This document shows positions 30,554-40,174 of a stretch of 64,000 nucleotides of DNA, in pieces. Source of the DNA: an uncultured delta proteobacterium (lineage in GTDB: Bacteria > Desulfobacterota > Binatia > UBA9968); assembly GCA_963847445.1 (NCBI GenBank), contig CAWJZV010000030.1, forward strand, positions 416,001-480,000, given 5' to 3'. Position numbers and translations under genes: made by a program. The notes below the pieces were generated by a model, which was not told where the DNA came from, did no database searches, and worked only from the letters and a program-made list of their open reading frames with translations. The first letter of the stretch is position 1. Every line of letters starts with the position of its first letter.

Positions 30554-30859
30554 TTACAATAGCGGCATAGCAGAATAGCAGGTATAAATCTGCACGTCGT
30601 TTTCCTCGATGCGTTTGCCGTGGGTAATCAGCTTGACGATACTGCAAACGTTGCGGCTGATATCGCCCAGATTGGTTACCGGGAAGCCATCGTCGAGATA
30701 GCGGCCAATAAACTTGGCCGCCCCGAGTTCGACGATTTGTAAATAATCGTTGTTGGCGTCGAAATATTGCTTGACGTCGGGTGCCGGATTATCCAAGTCT
30801 TCCTGAATCGCCCTGGTGATCTTGATTCCGACAAACAGGCGCTTGGCTGCTTCATCCAT
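30554..30859 (-). CDS. Hypothetical protein
   Basis: About 101 aa ORF with AAGGAG RBS. Confidence 0.65.
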   Translation of the reverse strand: MDEAAKRLFVGIKITRAIQEDLDNPAPDVKQYFDANNDYLQIVELGAAKFIGRYLDDGFPVTNLGDISRNVCSIVKLITHGKRIEENDVQIYTCYSAMPLL

Positions 30860-30979
30860 CGACAAATTCTCCTTACTGGTGAGTCTTTATTCGCTAATGA
30901 TAATTTAACTTCACACCGAGTAAAAGCCTTAATTGTGGCCCGGCACTTTAGCCAAACCGTGACCGGCTGAGGTCGCGCG

Positions 30980-32303
30980 CTAGGCAAAGACCAAGCTTGC
31001 CATTTTGATCGCGAATCAACCCGGCGCCGTGGCGCGACGTCGGCAGGTTTTCCGGCCCGATCTTAAGATCGTTGACATGCAGATGGCCGTGGAAAGTATC
31101 AACTTCAAGCATTGCTTTAGCTTCGCGATGAACGCCTTTGGGATCGCGCCCTTCGGCCACATCGGCCATCGCCTTATGCCAGATCCGCCTGAGCATGATC
31201 ACGCCGCGATCCGACGATGCCAGATGCTCCAGGCGGCGCTCAGGAATCTCGCCCTGGGACTCCTGCAATACCAGATCTTCTAGCGCCGGGATACCTTCCC
31301 AGCCTTTGTAGCGGCGCTTGTCGTAGGGCTTCTCTTCGGCCGTGCCTTTTAAATTTTTCGGCAAGCCGAACAGCCAGCCGCCGGTAAAATTGCCCTGGCG
31401 CGTCAAGCTGTAGCGAATCAGTTCGAAATGGCTGTCGTCGATGATGCGAATCATGCCGCCGCCTTCTTGCCGTTCATCGGTGAAATCGGGCGGAAAACCC
31501 GAGCGGATGCCGGAAAAGCGCCAGTGCACCGGCAGCACCAGGCTCCAAGTGTTGACGAACTTCACCTGAGGATCGCCGGTGTCGAGCACCGAGACGGTCT
31601 TCATGCCGAAGTCGGTTTCGACATGTTCGAGCGGCAACGGCGACCAATTTTTGATGCTGTAATCGTTGTAGGGTTTCAGCTCATCGGGAATATCGCGCAC
31701 CACCAGGCCGTGCAGGATCGTCGCATGGCCCATATCGGCGAAATTCTCCATCCAGTTGAGATAATTGTAGTTGCGAATATCGCCGTCGGCGAGTTTGACG
31801 ACCCCGTCGTCGCGCGCCAGCACGTCGATCTTAGGCAACGGCGGCGGATTTTCTTTCTCCGGCCCCATGTAGGTCCAGATCACGCCGCCCCACTCTTGGA
31901 CCGGATACCACAGATGGCGAATGTTATCCTTTACTTTACTATCGCAAGGCTCCAGCGGCGTGTCGATGCAACGTCCCATAACGTCGTACTTCCAGCCATG
32001 GTAGGAGCACATCAAACCATCCTCGCGCACCTGGCCATATTCCAGCGAAGCCAAACGATGGGGGCAGCGAATACCTAACAGACCGGGCCGCCCCTTGCCA
32101 TCGCGGAAGACCACCAGATCCTCACTCAACATCCGCACCGCGATCGGGATGTCTTGCAGGTTGGCCGACAAACAGACCGGGTGCCAGTAGCGCCGCAGCA
32201 TCGCGCCGCCCTTGGTGCCAGGGCCGGTGCGCGGCAAGTCGTCGAGCAATTGCTGGTAGGAACTCTGCGCCATATTGCCGCGGTCAATCTTGCTATCCGT
32301 CAT
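30980..32303 (-). CDS. Rieske non-heme iron oxygenase alpha subunit
   Basis: CPHR...CSYHGW, ENFADMGHATILH, EHLASSDRGV. The probable stop at 30980 needs a terminal frameshift. Confidence 0.9.
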
Positions 32304-32447
32304 TATCGCCCCTCCGCCATGCTGAAATCTTGCTTTTCATTCTAAAGAATATTTATAAACGCAGACGAATTGCTGTCAACAATTGGCTGAGTGTATTAAG
32401 TTCGGCAGCACAGACTCAAACCAACGCCACCATGAGGAAGGACGACC

Positions 32448-33464
32448 ATGACCATCGCAATAACCACTTTAGCGAGGGCAGTGCTGCTCTTTGTCCTGCC
32501 GCTCGCCAGCGCCCAGGCCGGACCCACCGCCGATGGCGCGCTCAAGAAGGGCTTCATTCAGTGCGGCGTCAACACCGGCCTCGCTGGCTTCGCCCAGCCC
32601 GATAGCAATGGCGAATGGCGCGGCATCGACGTAGACTTATGCCGCGCCGTGGCCGCGGCGCTATTCGGCGACGCCAAAAAGAACCGCTTCACGCCGCTCA
32701 CCGCCCAGCAGCGCTTCACCGCCTTGCAGTCGGGCGAGGTCGATATTCTCTCGCGCAACACCACCTGGACCTTCGCGCGCGACGCCGGCCTCGGCCTCAA
32801 CTTCGTCGGGGTCAATTTCTACGACGGCCAAGGCTTCATGGTGACGAAAAAACGCAACGTCAAAAGCGCCAAGCAATTGAACGGTGCCGCCATCTGCGTG
32901 CAGCCCGGCACCACCACCGAACTTAATATGGCCGACTACTTCCGCGCCAATAAGATGAAGTTCAAACCGGTAGTCATCGAAAAGCTCGAAGAGGTGTTGA
33001 ACGCCTATTTCACTGGCCGTTGCGATGTCTTTACCACCGACGTCTCCGGATTAGTCGCCGTGCGCGCGGCGCGGGCGACTAATCCGGCCGATCATGTGAT
33101 CTTGCCGGAGGTGATCTCCAAGGAACCCTTCGGTCCGGTGGTGCGCCATGGCGACGACCATTGGCATGACCTCGTCAGGTGGACACTGTTCGCCATGATC
33201 GAAGCCGAAGAGCTCGGCCTGACATCGAAAAACATCGACCAGCAAGGCCAAAACGCCAACCCGGTGGTGCAGCGATTCGTCGGCGCCACCGGCGACTTCG
33301 GCAAAATGCTCAACGTCGACAACCGCTGGGCTTACAACATCGTCAAACAAGTCGGTAACTACGGCGAAAGCTTCGAGCGCCATCTGACCCCGCTGGGTCT
33401 CGACCGCGGCATCAACAAGCTATGGAACAAAGGCGGCATCATGTACGCGCCGCCATTGCGCTAA
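32448..33464 (+). CDS. aapJ: General L-amino acid ABC transporter substrate-binding protein (AapJ/BztA)
   Basis: GIDVDLCRAVAAA, LQSGEVDILSRNTTWT, ISKEPFGP, QVGNYGESF. Confidence 0.9.
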   Translation: MTIAITTLARAVLLFVLPLASAQAGPTADGALKKGFIQCGVNTGLAGFAQPDSNGEWRGIDVDLCRAVAAALFGDAKKNRFTPLTAQQRFTALQSGEVDILSRNTTWTFARDAGLGLNFVGVNFYDGQGFMVTKKRNVKSAKQLNGAAICVQPGTTTELNMADYFRANKMKFKPVVIEKLEEVLNAYFTGRCDVFTTDVSGLVAVRAARATNPADHVILPEVISKEPFGPVVRHGDDHWHDLVRWTLFAMIEAEELGLTSKNIDQQGQNANPVVQRFVGATGDFGKMLNVDNRWAYNIVKQVGNYGESFERHLTPLGLDRGINKLWNKGGIMYAPPLR

Positions 33465-33501
33465 GCCCGGCTGATAGACACTGCGAAAGCGGCAATTCCC
33501 G

Positions 33502-34488
33502 ATGGCCCGGCAACTCGACACCCGCCAGCGCGCCGCGCTCTATCAAATCCTGTTGGTGGCCGCCATCTGCCTTGTCGGCTGGTATTTCATTCGCAATGCG
33601 GTGGACAACCTGCTGGCACGCCGTATCGCCAGTGGCTTTGGCTTTCTCTTTCGCGAGGCCGGCTTTGAGATCGGCGAGAGTACTCTGGTCTCCTTCAGCG
33701 CCGCCGATAGTTACTTGAAGGCGCTCGCCGTCGGACTGCTCAACACTTTCCGGGTGGCGCTGCTCGCCGTGGTTTTTTCGACTTTCATCGGCGTTGCCGT
33801 CGGATTAGCGCGTCTGTCGCCCAACTGGCTGTTGGCCAAGCTCGCGTCCGGATATGTCGAACTGCTGCGCAATATTCCCCTGGTCGTGCAGCTATTTTTT
33901 TGGTACGCCGTGATCACCGAAAGCTTGCCGGCGCCGGCCCAGGCGCTGCATCCGCTGCCGGGCTTCTTTCTCAGCAACCGCGGCCTGGCGGTGCCATCGA
34001 TCGCCAGCCTGCTACCGTTCGAAGTGGAGTATCCCAGCCTCTCGGGATTCAACTTTTCCGGCGGCGTGGTGCTGTCGCCGGAATTCGCCGCGCTGCTGCT
34101 TGGCCTGACGCTCTACACCGCGGCGTTTATCGGCGAAATCGTCCGCGCCGGCATCCTCGCCGTCGACCGCGGCCAGTACGAGGCAGCGCAGTCCCAGGGA
34201 TTGAGCCAAACCCAGCTCATGCGTCTGATCATCCTGCCCCAAGCACTGCGCGTGGTCGTGCCGCCGGTCACCAGCCAATACTTGAACTGCACCAAGAATA
34301 GTTCCTTGGCGGTCGCCATCGGCTATCCCGATCTGGTGTCCATCGCCAACACGACCATCAACCAAACCGGCCAGGCCATCGAAGGCATCGCCGTGATCAT
34401 GCTCGTCTATCTAACCATCAGCCTGGCAATATCCGCGGCCATGAATGTTTACAACCAACGCATCGCCCTGCGCGGAGCTCGAACATGA
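33502..34488 (+). CDS. aapQ: General L-amino acid ABC transporter permease (AapQ/BztB)
   Basis: IASGFGFL, RNIPLVVQLFFWY, KNSSLAVAIGYPDL. Confidence 0.88.
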   Translation: MARQLDTRQRAALYQILLVAAICLVGWYFIRNAVDNLLARRIASGFGFLFREAGFEIGESTLVSFSAADSYLKALAVGLLNTFRVALLAVVFSTFIGVAVGLARLSPNWLLAKLASGYVELLRNIPLVVQLFFWYAVITESLPAPAQALHPLPGFFLSNRGLAVPSIASLLPFEVEYPSLSGFNFSGGVVLSPEFAALLLGLTLYTAAFIGEIVRAGILAVDRGQYEAAQSQGLSQTQLMRLIILPQALRVVVPPVTSQYLNCTKNSSLAVAIGYPDLVSIANTTINQTGQAIEGIAVIMLVYLTISLAISAAMNVYNQRIALRGART

Positions 34489-35579
34489 ACCGCGGCGCAG
34501 GATGCCGCGCCGCCATTTGGCACTGGACACGGACGCGATTGTTTGGCAGTTGGCCGTCTTCGATCGCTTCCCTGGTGATTATTTATTTGGCCGTAAAGTT
34601 GCTGCCAGCGCTGATCGATTGGGCATTGATCCGCGCCCTGTGGTCGCCGCATAACGCCGCCGCCTGCCGCGATGCCGCCATCGGCGGCGCCTGCTGGGCC
34701 TTCGTCGCCGAAAAGTACCGATTTATTTTATTTGGCACTTTTCCTGCTGACGAGCACTGGCGCCCGGCACTGGTGATCGCATTCCTGCTCGCGCTCTACG
34801 GCGTGAGCGCGTTTCAGCTGGTGCGCCGGCTGAATCTTTTCTGGCTTTGGCTGGCTGGGCTAGTTGGCATCGGCCTACTCATGTGGGGCGGTGTTTTCGG
34901 CCTCACCTACGTCGAAAACGAGCGCTGGGGCGGACTCACGCTGACTCTCCTGCTCAGCACCTTCGGTATCGCCCTGGCGTTTCCCCTGTCGATTCTCTTG
35001 GCCCTTGGGCGGCGTTCGGAGCTGCCGCTGGTGCGCTGGTTTTCGATTGGCTATATCGAATTGATTCGCGGCGTGCCGCTGATCTCGGTGCTGTTCATGG
35101 CCTCGGTCATGCTGCCGCTGTTCTTGCCGCAGGGAGTATCCATCGACAAGCTCCTGCGCGCCCAGCTGGCGATGATCCTGTTCGCCGCGGCCTATCTGGC
35201 GGAAGTGATCCGCGGCGGATTACAGGCGATCCCACCGCAGCAGGAGGAAGCCGCTCTTGCGCTCGGCCTTGGCTACTGGCAGCGCGTCCGTTACGTCACC
35301 CTGCCCCAGGCCTTGCGCGTCGCCATACCGCCGTTGGTCAATACCTTCATCGGTTTTTTCAAAGACACATCACTGGTCGTCATCATCGGCCTGTTCGACT
35401 TTCTCACCACGATCAAAGTCTCTCTGAGCGAACCGGCCTGGAGCGGTTTCGGCATCGAGGCGTACTTGTTCGCCGCCCTGGGATATTTCGCTTTCTGTTA
35501 TCCCATGTCCCGCTATAGCCAAGCGCTGGAGCGCCAAACCGCCCATGGCACCGGCTTGCGCGCGCTGCGGGAAAATTAA
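34485..35579 (+). CDS. aapM: General L-amino acid ABC transporter permease (AapM/BztC)
   Basis: GACWAFV, WGGLTLT, RGVPLISVLFMA, FKDTSLV. Confidence 0.88.
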   Translation: MNRGAGCRAAIWHWTRTRLFGSWPSSIASLVIIYLAVKLLPALIDWALIRALWSPHNAAACRDAAIGGACWAFVAEKYRFILFGTFPADEHWRPALVIAFLLALYGVSAFQLVRRLNLFWLWLAGLVGIGLLMWGGVFGLTYVENERWGGLTLTLLLSTFGIALAFPLSILLALGRRSELPLVRWFSIGYIELIRGVPLISVLFMASVMLPLFLPQGVSIDKLLRAQLAMILFAAAYLAEVIRGGLQAIPPQQEEAALALGLGYWQRVRYVTLPQALRVAIPPLVNTFIGFFKDTSLVVIIGLFDFLTTIKVSLSEPAWSGFGIEAYLFAALGYFAFCYPMSRYSQALERQTAHGTGLRALREN

Positions 35580-35644
35580 CCGCGCCAGTTTGAGCCAAGC
35601 GAAACCGTCATGCTAAAATCATTTTCGTCTGGACGTCAGCGAAG

Positions 35645-36391
35645 ATGAGAAAACTCTTAGTCTGCCAACATGTGCCCCACGAGATCTTGGGCACCCTCAA
35701 TCCCATGCTCAAGCGCGCCGGCTTTCGGATTCGCTATGTCAATTTTGGCCGCCATCCCGATGCGCAACCGAGCTTGGACGGATACGACGGCCTGATTGTA
35801 CTGGGAGGCCCTATGTCCGCCTATGACGACCAGCGGCTTCCCCACCTGGCGGTTGAAATGAAGCTGATCGAGAGCGCCATGGAGCGCAACCTGCCAGTGT
35901 TGGGCATCTGCTTGGGTGGCCAGCTGGTCGCCCGCACCCTGGGCGCGCGCGTCTACGCCAACCATGTCAAGGAAATCGGCTGGTACGATGTCGCGCCGTC
36001 GCCGCATGCCGATGACGACCCGCTGTTCGACGAGTTCGAAGAACGGGAAACGCTCTTTCAATGGCACGGCGACACCTTCGACATCCCCAACGGAGCAATC
36101 CATCTGGCGTCGTCGCGCCACTGTCTGAATCAAGCGTTTCGTTACGGCGACAACGTGTACGCCTTCCAATTCCATCTCGAAGTCGACGAACCGATGATCC
36201 TGCGTTGGCTAAAGGTGCCGGAGAACCGTCACGAGATCGCCCGCCTGCATGGCGACATCGACCCGGATCGAATCCACACCGAGACCGCCCGTCATATCGC
36301 CCGGCTCCATGAGCTGAGCGATCGGGTGTTCGGCGAGTTCATCGAGATCTTCGGTCTCGACAAGAGCCGCCGCCGGCTGATCTCAAGATAG
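35645..36391 (+). CDS. Class I glutamine amidotransferase-like protein
   Basis: LGGPMS, LGICLGGQL, QWHGDTF, FQFHLE (Cys-His-Glu triad). Confidence 0.9.
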   Translation: MRKLLVCQHVPHEILGTLNPMLKRAGFRIRYVNFGRHPDAQPSLDGYDGLIVLGGPMSAYDDQRLPHLAVEMKLIESAMERNLPVLGICLGGQLVARTLGARVYANHVKEIGWYDVAPSPHADDDPLFDEFEERETLFQWHGDTFDIPNGAIHLASSRHCLNQAFRYGDNVYAFQFHLEVDEPMILRWLKVPENRHEIARLHGDIDPDRIHTETARHIARLHELSDRVFGEFIEIFGLDKSRRRLISR

Positions 36392-36549
36392 CTGCCGTTG
36401 CGCGGCAGCACAGCAACGGGGCAACTTAACTGAACGACGTGAGTGAAGAGATGACAGGATTGGACAATTGGCAGAGTAACGAATTGACTGGACGTGAGAC
36501 TCCAGGGGATACTATTTTAACTGGCAAAATTTGCCCAGACCCATTCGCC

Positions 36550-36681
36550 TCATGGCTCCGGTCGGTGCCTGCTAACTGCCAACAGGTTTTTTCTTTTCTT
36601 CCCGAGCGCCAGCACGGCGAACAACGAACCGAGCGACATGGCAGCGGCAATCAACGACCTTCTGAACATGTCATACATCAT
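36550..36681 (-). CDS. 43-aa predicted membrane micro-protein
   Basis: MMYDMFRRSLIAAAMSLGSLFAVLALGKKRKNLLAVSRHRPEP, with an AGGAG RBS and a sigma-54 box directly upstream. Confidence 0.6.
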   Translation of the reverse strand: MMYDMFRRSLIAAAMSLGSLFAVLALGKKRKNLLAVSRHRPEP

Positions 36682-36708
36682 GGCAGTGTTTCTCCTGGCA
36701 AGTTCCTG

Positions 36709-36724
36709 AGCAACAGTAATGCCA
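36709..36724 (-). promoter_or_regulatory. Sigma-54 (-24/-12) promoter
   Basis: The minus strand reads TGGCATTACTGTTGCT. Confidence 0.7.
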
Positions 36725-36883
36725 GAGCTTACTGCTTGAAATAATCGCGGCTTTTTTGATCGCAGTGCCAGACGAAACCTTGTCAGGCACGGCGCGCTTG
36801 TCAGGATTGACCGCGCCCTGCCGACCTGCGAATGATTGCAATGAACCCCAACACCGGTGGAAAATAACCCAGGAGATTTTTGC

Positions 36884-38011
36884 ATGACCCGCAAGTGGCC
36901 CAACCTAATCGCCGTGCTGATACTGAAGCTGTTGCTAGTGGATACCGGGGCAGCCGCCGAACCCAAGCCGGCCAGCGGCCAGGAATGGGACGCCTTGGTG
37001 AAGAAAGCCGAGGAAGAAGGCGAAGTCGCCATCTATGCCACTGACTCTATCGGCAACGCTCAGTCGATCTGGGCGGCATTTCAAAAGCGTTATCCCAAGA
37101 TCAAGCTGATCGGCACCTCGGTGGGCCGGGGCAGCGATCTGTTCCCCAAGCTCTTTAGCGAACGGCGCGCCGGTAAGTATCTCGCCGATGTCTTTCTCGC
37201 CGGACCCACCGCGGTCCATCTCAACCTCTACCCAGCCAAAGTCCTCGACCCGATGCCGCCGGCGTTGGTCCATCCAAATGTCACCGATCTGTCTAAATGG
37301 TGGCAAGGCAAACATCACTACGTCGACCCCGAGGGGCAGTACAACTTCATGTACGAAAGCGCTCTCTACGGTCCGCCGCTGTCGTTCAACACCAGTATCG
37401 TCAATGAAAAAGAAATAAAGTCGGCTTGGGATCTCGTCCAGCCGCAATGGAAGGGTAAATTGGCCGTCTTGCAATTAAACGCGACTCAGGGTTCCACCGC
37501 GTTGGCCTTCGTCTATCATCATCCCCAGTTGGGGCCCAAGTTCATTGAGCGCGTCTACCGCGACATGGAGCCGACCTTCTTCCGCGATTTGCGCCAGGGC
37601 ACTGACTGGCTGTCCCAAGGAAAGTTCCCTATCTGTTTTCTCTGCCGGCGCATCGACCGGGCGCAGATGCAGGGACTGCCGGTCGCCGAACTCGATCCCT
37701 ACGCCATCACCGAGCGGCCCGGCATCGGCTCTGGATCGGGGGCCATTGTCTTGATGAATCGCCACCCCCACCCCAACGCTGCAAAAGTTTTTCTCAATTG
37801 GTTTTTGTCGCTGGAAGGCCAGATCGCCTTTCGCCAAGCCAACACCGACGAATTGCGGGTTGGCTCCATGCGCGAGGATCTACCGCAGGAAATTCTGCCG
37901 CCGCTGGCGCGCCGACGCAAAGATAAGGAATACTTATTTATCAACCGGCCTGAATGGATGGATTTCAAACCGATCCAAGCACTGCTCGATCAGCTGAAGA
38001 AGGGCAAATAA
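36884..38011 (+). CDS. Extracellular solute-binding protein (Fe3+/polyamine-type ABC SBP fold)
   Basis: Signal peptide, KAEEEGEVAIY, ERRAGKYLADV, HPHPNAAKVFLNWFLSLEGQ. Confidence 0.88.
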   Translation: MTRKWPNLIAVLILKLLLVDTGAAAEPKPASGQEWDALVKKAEEEGEVAIYATDSIGNAQSIWAAFQKRYPKIKLIGTSVGRGSDLFPKLFSERRAGKYLADVFLAGPTAVHLNLYPAKVLDPMPPALVHPNVTDLSKWWQGKHHYVDPEGQYNFMYESALYGPPLSFNTSIVNEKEIKSAWDLVQPQWKGKLAVLQLNATQGSTALAFVYHHPQLGPKFIERVYRDMEPTFFRDLRQGTDWLSQGKFPICFLCRRIDRAQMQGLPVAELDPYAITERPGIGSGSGAIVLMNRHPHPNAAKVFLNWFLSLEGQIAFRQANTDELRVGSMREDLPQEILPPLARRRKDKEYLFINRPEWMDFKPIQALLDQLKKGK

Positions 38012-38086
38012 CCAAAGACTATGGTCCAGGGCGGATCGCCCGTCACTGAGATTAAGCGGATGGGTTCGAAAATCCTAGCGGTTACC

Positions 38087-38215
38087 TTAGCGGACGCGAA
38101 AGTCACGAATCGGTCGTTTGGTTCTTTTGGTCTTGCCGAGCATGCGTAAAATTATGACCGCTGCCAGCGGCACCAGCACCACCACCAAGGTTAGTAAGAT
38201 CAGGTCGGTCAACAT
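38087..38215 (-). CDS. 42-aa predicted single-pass membrane micro-protein
   Basis: MLTDLILLTLVVVLVPLAAVIILRMLGKTKRTKRPIRDFRVR, with a GAGGAG RBS. Too short for the ORF track. Confidence 0.7.
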   Translation of the reverse strand: MLTDLILLTLVVVLVPLAAVIILRMLGKTKRTKRPIRDFRVR

Positions 38216-38244
38216 GTCGTGCTACTCCTCAGGGTCGGTTTAAC

Positions 38245-38260
38245 AGCAACCCACAGGCCA
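38245..38260 (-). promoter_or_regulatory. Sigma-54 (-24/-12) promoter
   Basis: The minus strand reads TGGCCTGTGGGTTGCT. Confidence 0.6.
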
Positions 38261-38466
38261 CTCCGCAGCGCTTATTTTTCAAATAGTTAGCTTGAGGGAG
38301 CGATAACACTGACACTGTCAACGGGGGGCAAAAGTGACAAGAATGACAATCGAACGACGATCGTTCAGTTGCAGTACGCTATGGCGACGGCTGGTGACGC
38401 GCGCCACAGCGCGAAATGCCGGATGAACCTCAATGGCGGCAACGGCAACGCCCTATCTGGAGCAAT

Positions 38467-38886
38467 TTACTCTTCTCGCCCCGGCTGCACCGTCGATCGC
38501 CGCCCTTTTTTTTCCGATTGATGGTGTTTGTCGTCGAGCATGCGCATTTTGGCGCGCCGCGAGCGCTTGCGCTTCTGCCGGCGGATCTTCTCGATGCGCT
38601 GCATCTCCGCGCTCGCCGCACCGCGCTTTTGGGTGTCGATCTTATCGAGCAAGAGCCGGCGCGCTAAAAAGCGATTGAGCGCCTGGGAGCGTTCCTGTTG
38701 GCATTTGACGCGAATACCGGTGGGGCGGTGATGGAGCACGACGCAGGATGCAACCTTATTGACGTTCTGGCCACCGGCGCCGGAAGAACGCACGAACTGC
38801 TCGTCGATATCGGACTCGCGCACGCCGAGCGCGAGCATGCGCTCGCTGAGCTGTTTTTCTTTATCGGCCGAAACTAACGTCGCCAT
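38467..38886 (-). CDS. Stand-alone GGQ peptidyl-tRNA hydrolase domain protein (ArfB/C12orf65-like ribosome rescue factor)
   Basis: [25 protein letters not shown] and a basic C-terminal tail; no stop-codon recognition domain. Confidence 0.85.
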   Translation of the reverse strand: MATLVSADKEKQLSERMLALGVRESDIDEQFVRSSGAGGQNVNKVASCVVLHHRPTGIRVKCQQERSQALNRFLARRLLLDKIDTQKRGAASAEMQRIEKIRRQKRKRSRRAKMRMLDDKHHQSEKKGRRSTVQPGREE

Positions 38887-38911
38887 GGCGGCACATCCAG
38901 AGTGGCAAATC

Positions 38912-39995
38912 CTAGAGCCCGTAAAGCGCTTTGGGATTATCGAACAGAATCTTTCGTTTCACCTCCGGGCTCAGCTCCGCCATCGCCTTGAATCTCGCGA
39001 TGGCGTTGAGTTCGCTGGAAGTGTCACCATGGCCGTAATCTGTGCCGATGACCAGATTGCCCTCGCCGGCGTAGGAAAGAATATAGAGAAAATCGTCATC
39101 GCTTTGGGTCGAAACGTAGATATTGTATTCGCACAGACAATCGCGCGAGATCGGCCGCTCACTGCCCAGCGAGCGGCGCATCGCCTCGTGAATCACCCAG
39201 GGCACCCATTGGCTCGACACCTCGATGAAGCCCCAGCGCAGCTTGGGAAATACTTGCGGAATTTCGCTCATGATCAGCGCGTAACATGACGTCACCGTCG
39301 GCACGCGGAAGGTCGAAAAGCCGCCGCCGGCTTCGTTGGTCATGAGCTTGAAGAGTTCCGGACTACCGTTGCCCAGATGCACCGTGACCGGGATATCGAG
39401 ACGTTCCGCCTCTTCGTAGATCGGGTAATAAAACCGATCGGTCATCATGCGGTCGCGTTCGAAGGGGCGCATGCACACACCGACAGCGCCATGTTCTTTG
39501 GCGAAGCGAATCTGCGGAACCGCTTCCTTGGGCGACAACGCCGGCACCACGCAGGTCCAGCGCAAGCGGTCTTCGGCCGAGCCGCCAGACATCGGCCAAC
39601 CAACGATTCCACGCCCAGCTGAGCGCGATCTCGGCATCGGCGCGGGCAGTGAGCGGCGTGATCCACAGCGAGTTGAACAGCACCTGGATGTCGATGCCGA
39701 GCTCGTCCATGTGCTTGAGCCGCTGCTGCACGTTGGACAGCTCGCGCGCTGCCACCGGCGTTGCGACTTCCCGGCCAAACCGTTGCAGATGCGCTGCCGA
39801 CTCCTGCTCATCGGGCGAGGGAAACTTGTGGCCGAGATTTTCGCCGTCGAGCACCCAGAATTGCCGCTTGGGATTTTCCGGCGACGGCATCAAGGTCGGG
39901 CGAAATTTCTTTTCACCGCCTTCGAGGTAGTCCCAGACCCGTTCGCTCTCCACCACATGGGCATCGGCGTCGATCACGGCGGTTTTGTAGTTCAT
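38912..39995 (-). CDS. Amidohydrolase family 2 protein (frameshift near 39585)
   Basis: [26 protein letters not shown]; paralog of 22114..23214. Confidence 0.9.
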
Positions 39996-40174
39996 CTGGC
40001 CAACTCCTTCTGCTTGTGAATAATTACCTGACTGGGACTAAGCTGTCCACAACTAACCCGGCGGCAAAAATTGGCCAGCAGGTCGTAATCCCGCCGCGCA
40101 CCGGATATAAGAGTTCCTAGCTCATCGCGCGTCTCCCACGCCCAAGATTCGCCAGCGCCGATCGATCCGACACC

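Noticed and set aside
36550-37032. 160-aa minus-strand ORF
   Set aside because: Its 5' part is antisense to the SBP gene and crosses a promoter. Only the last 43 codons have an RBS and a sigma-54 box.
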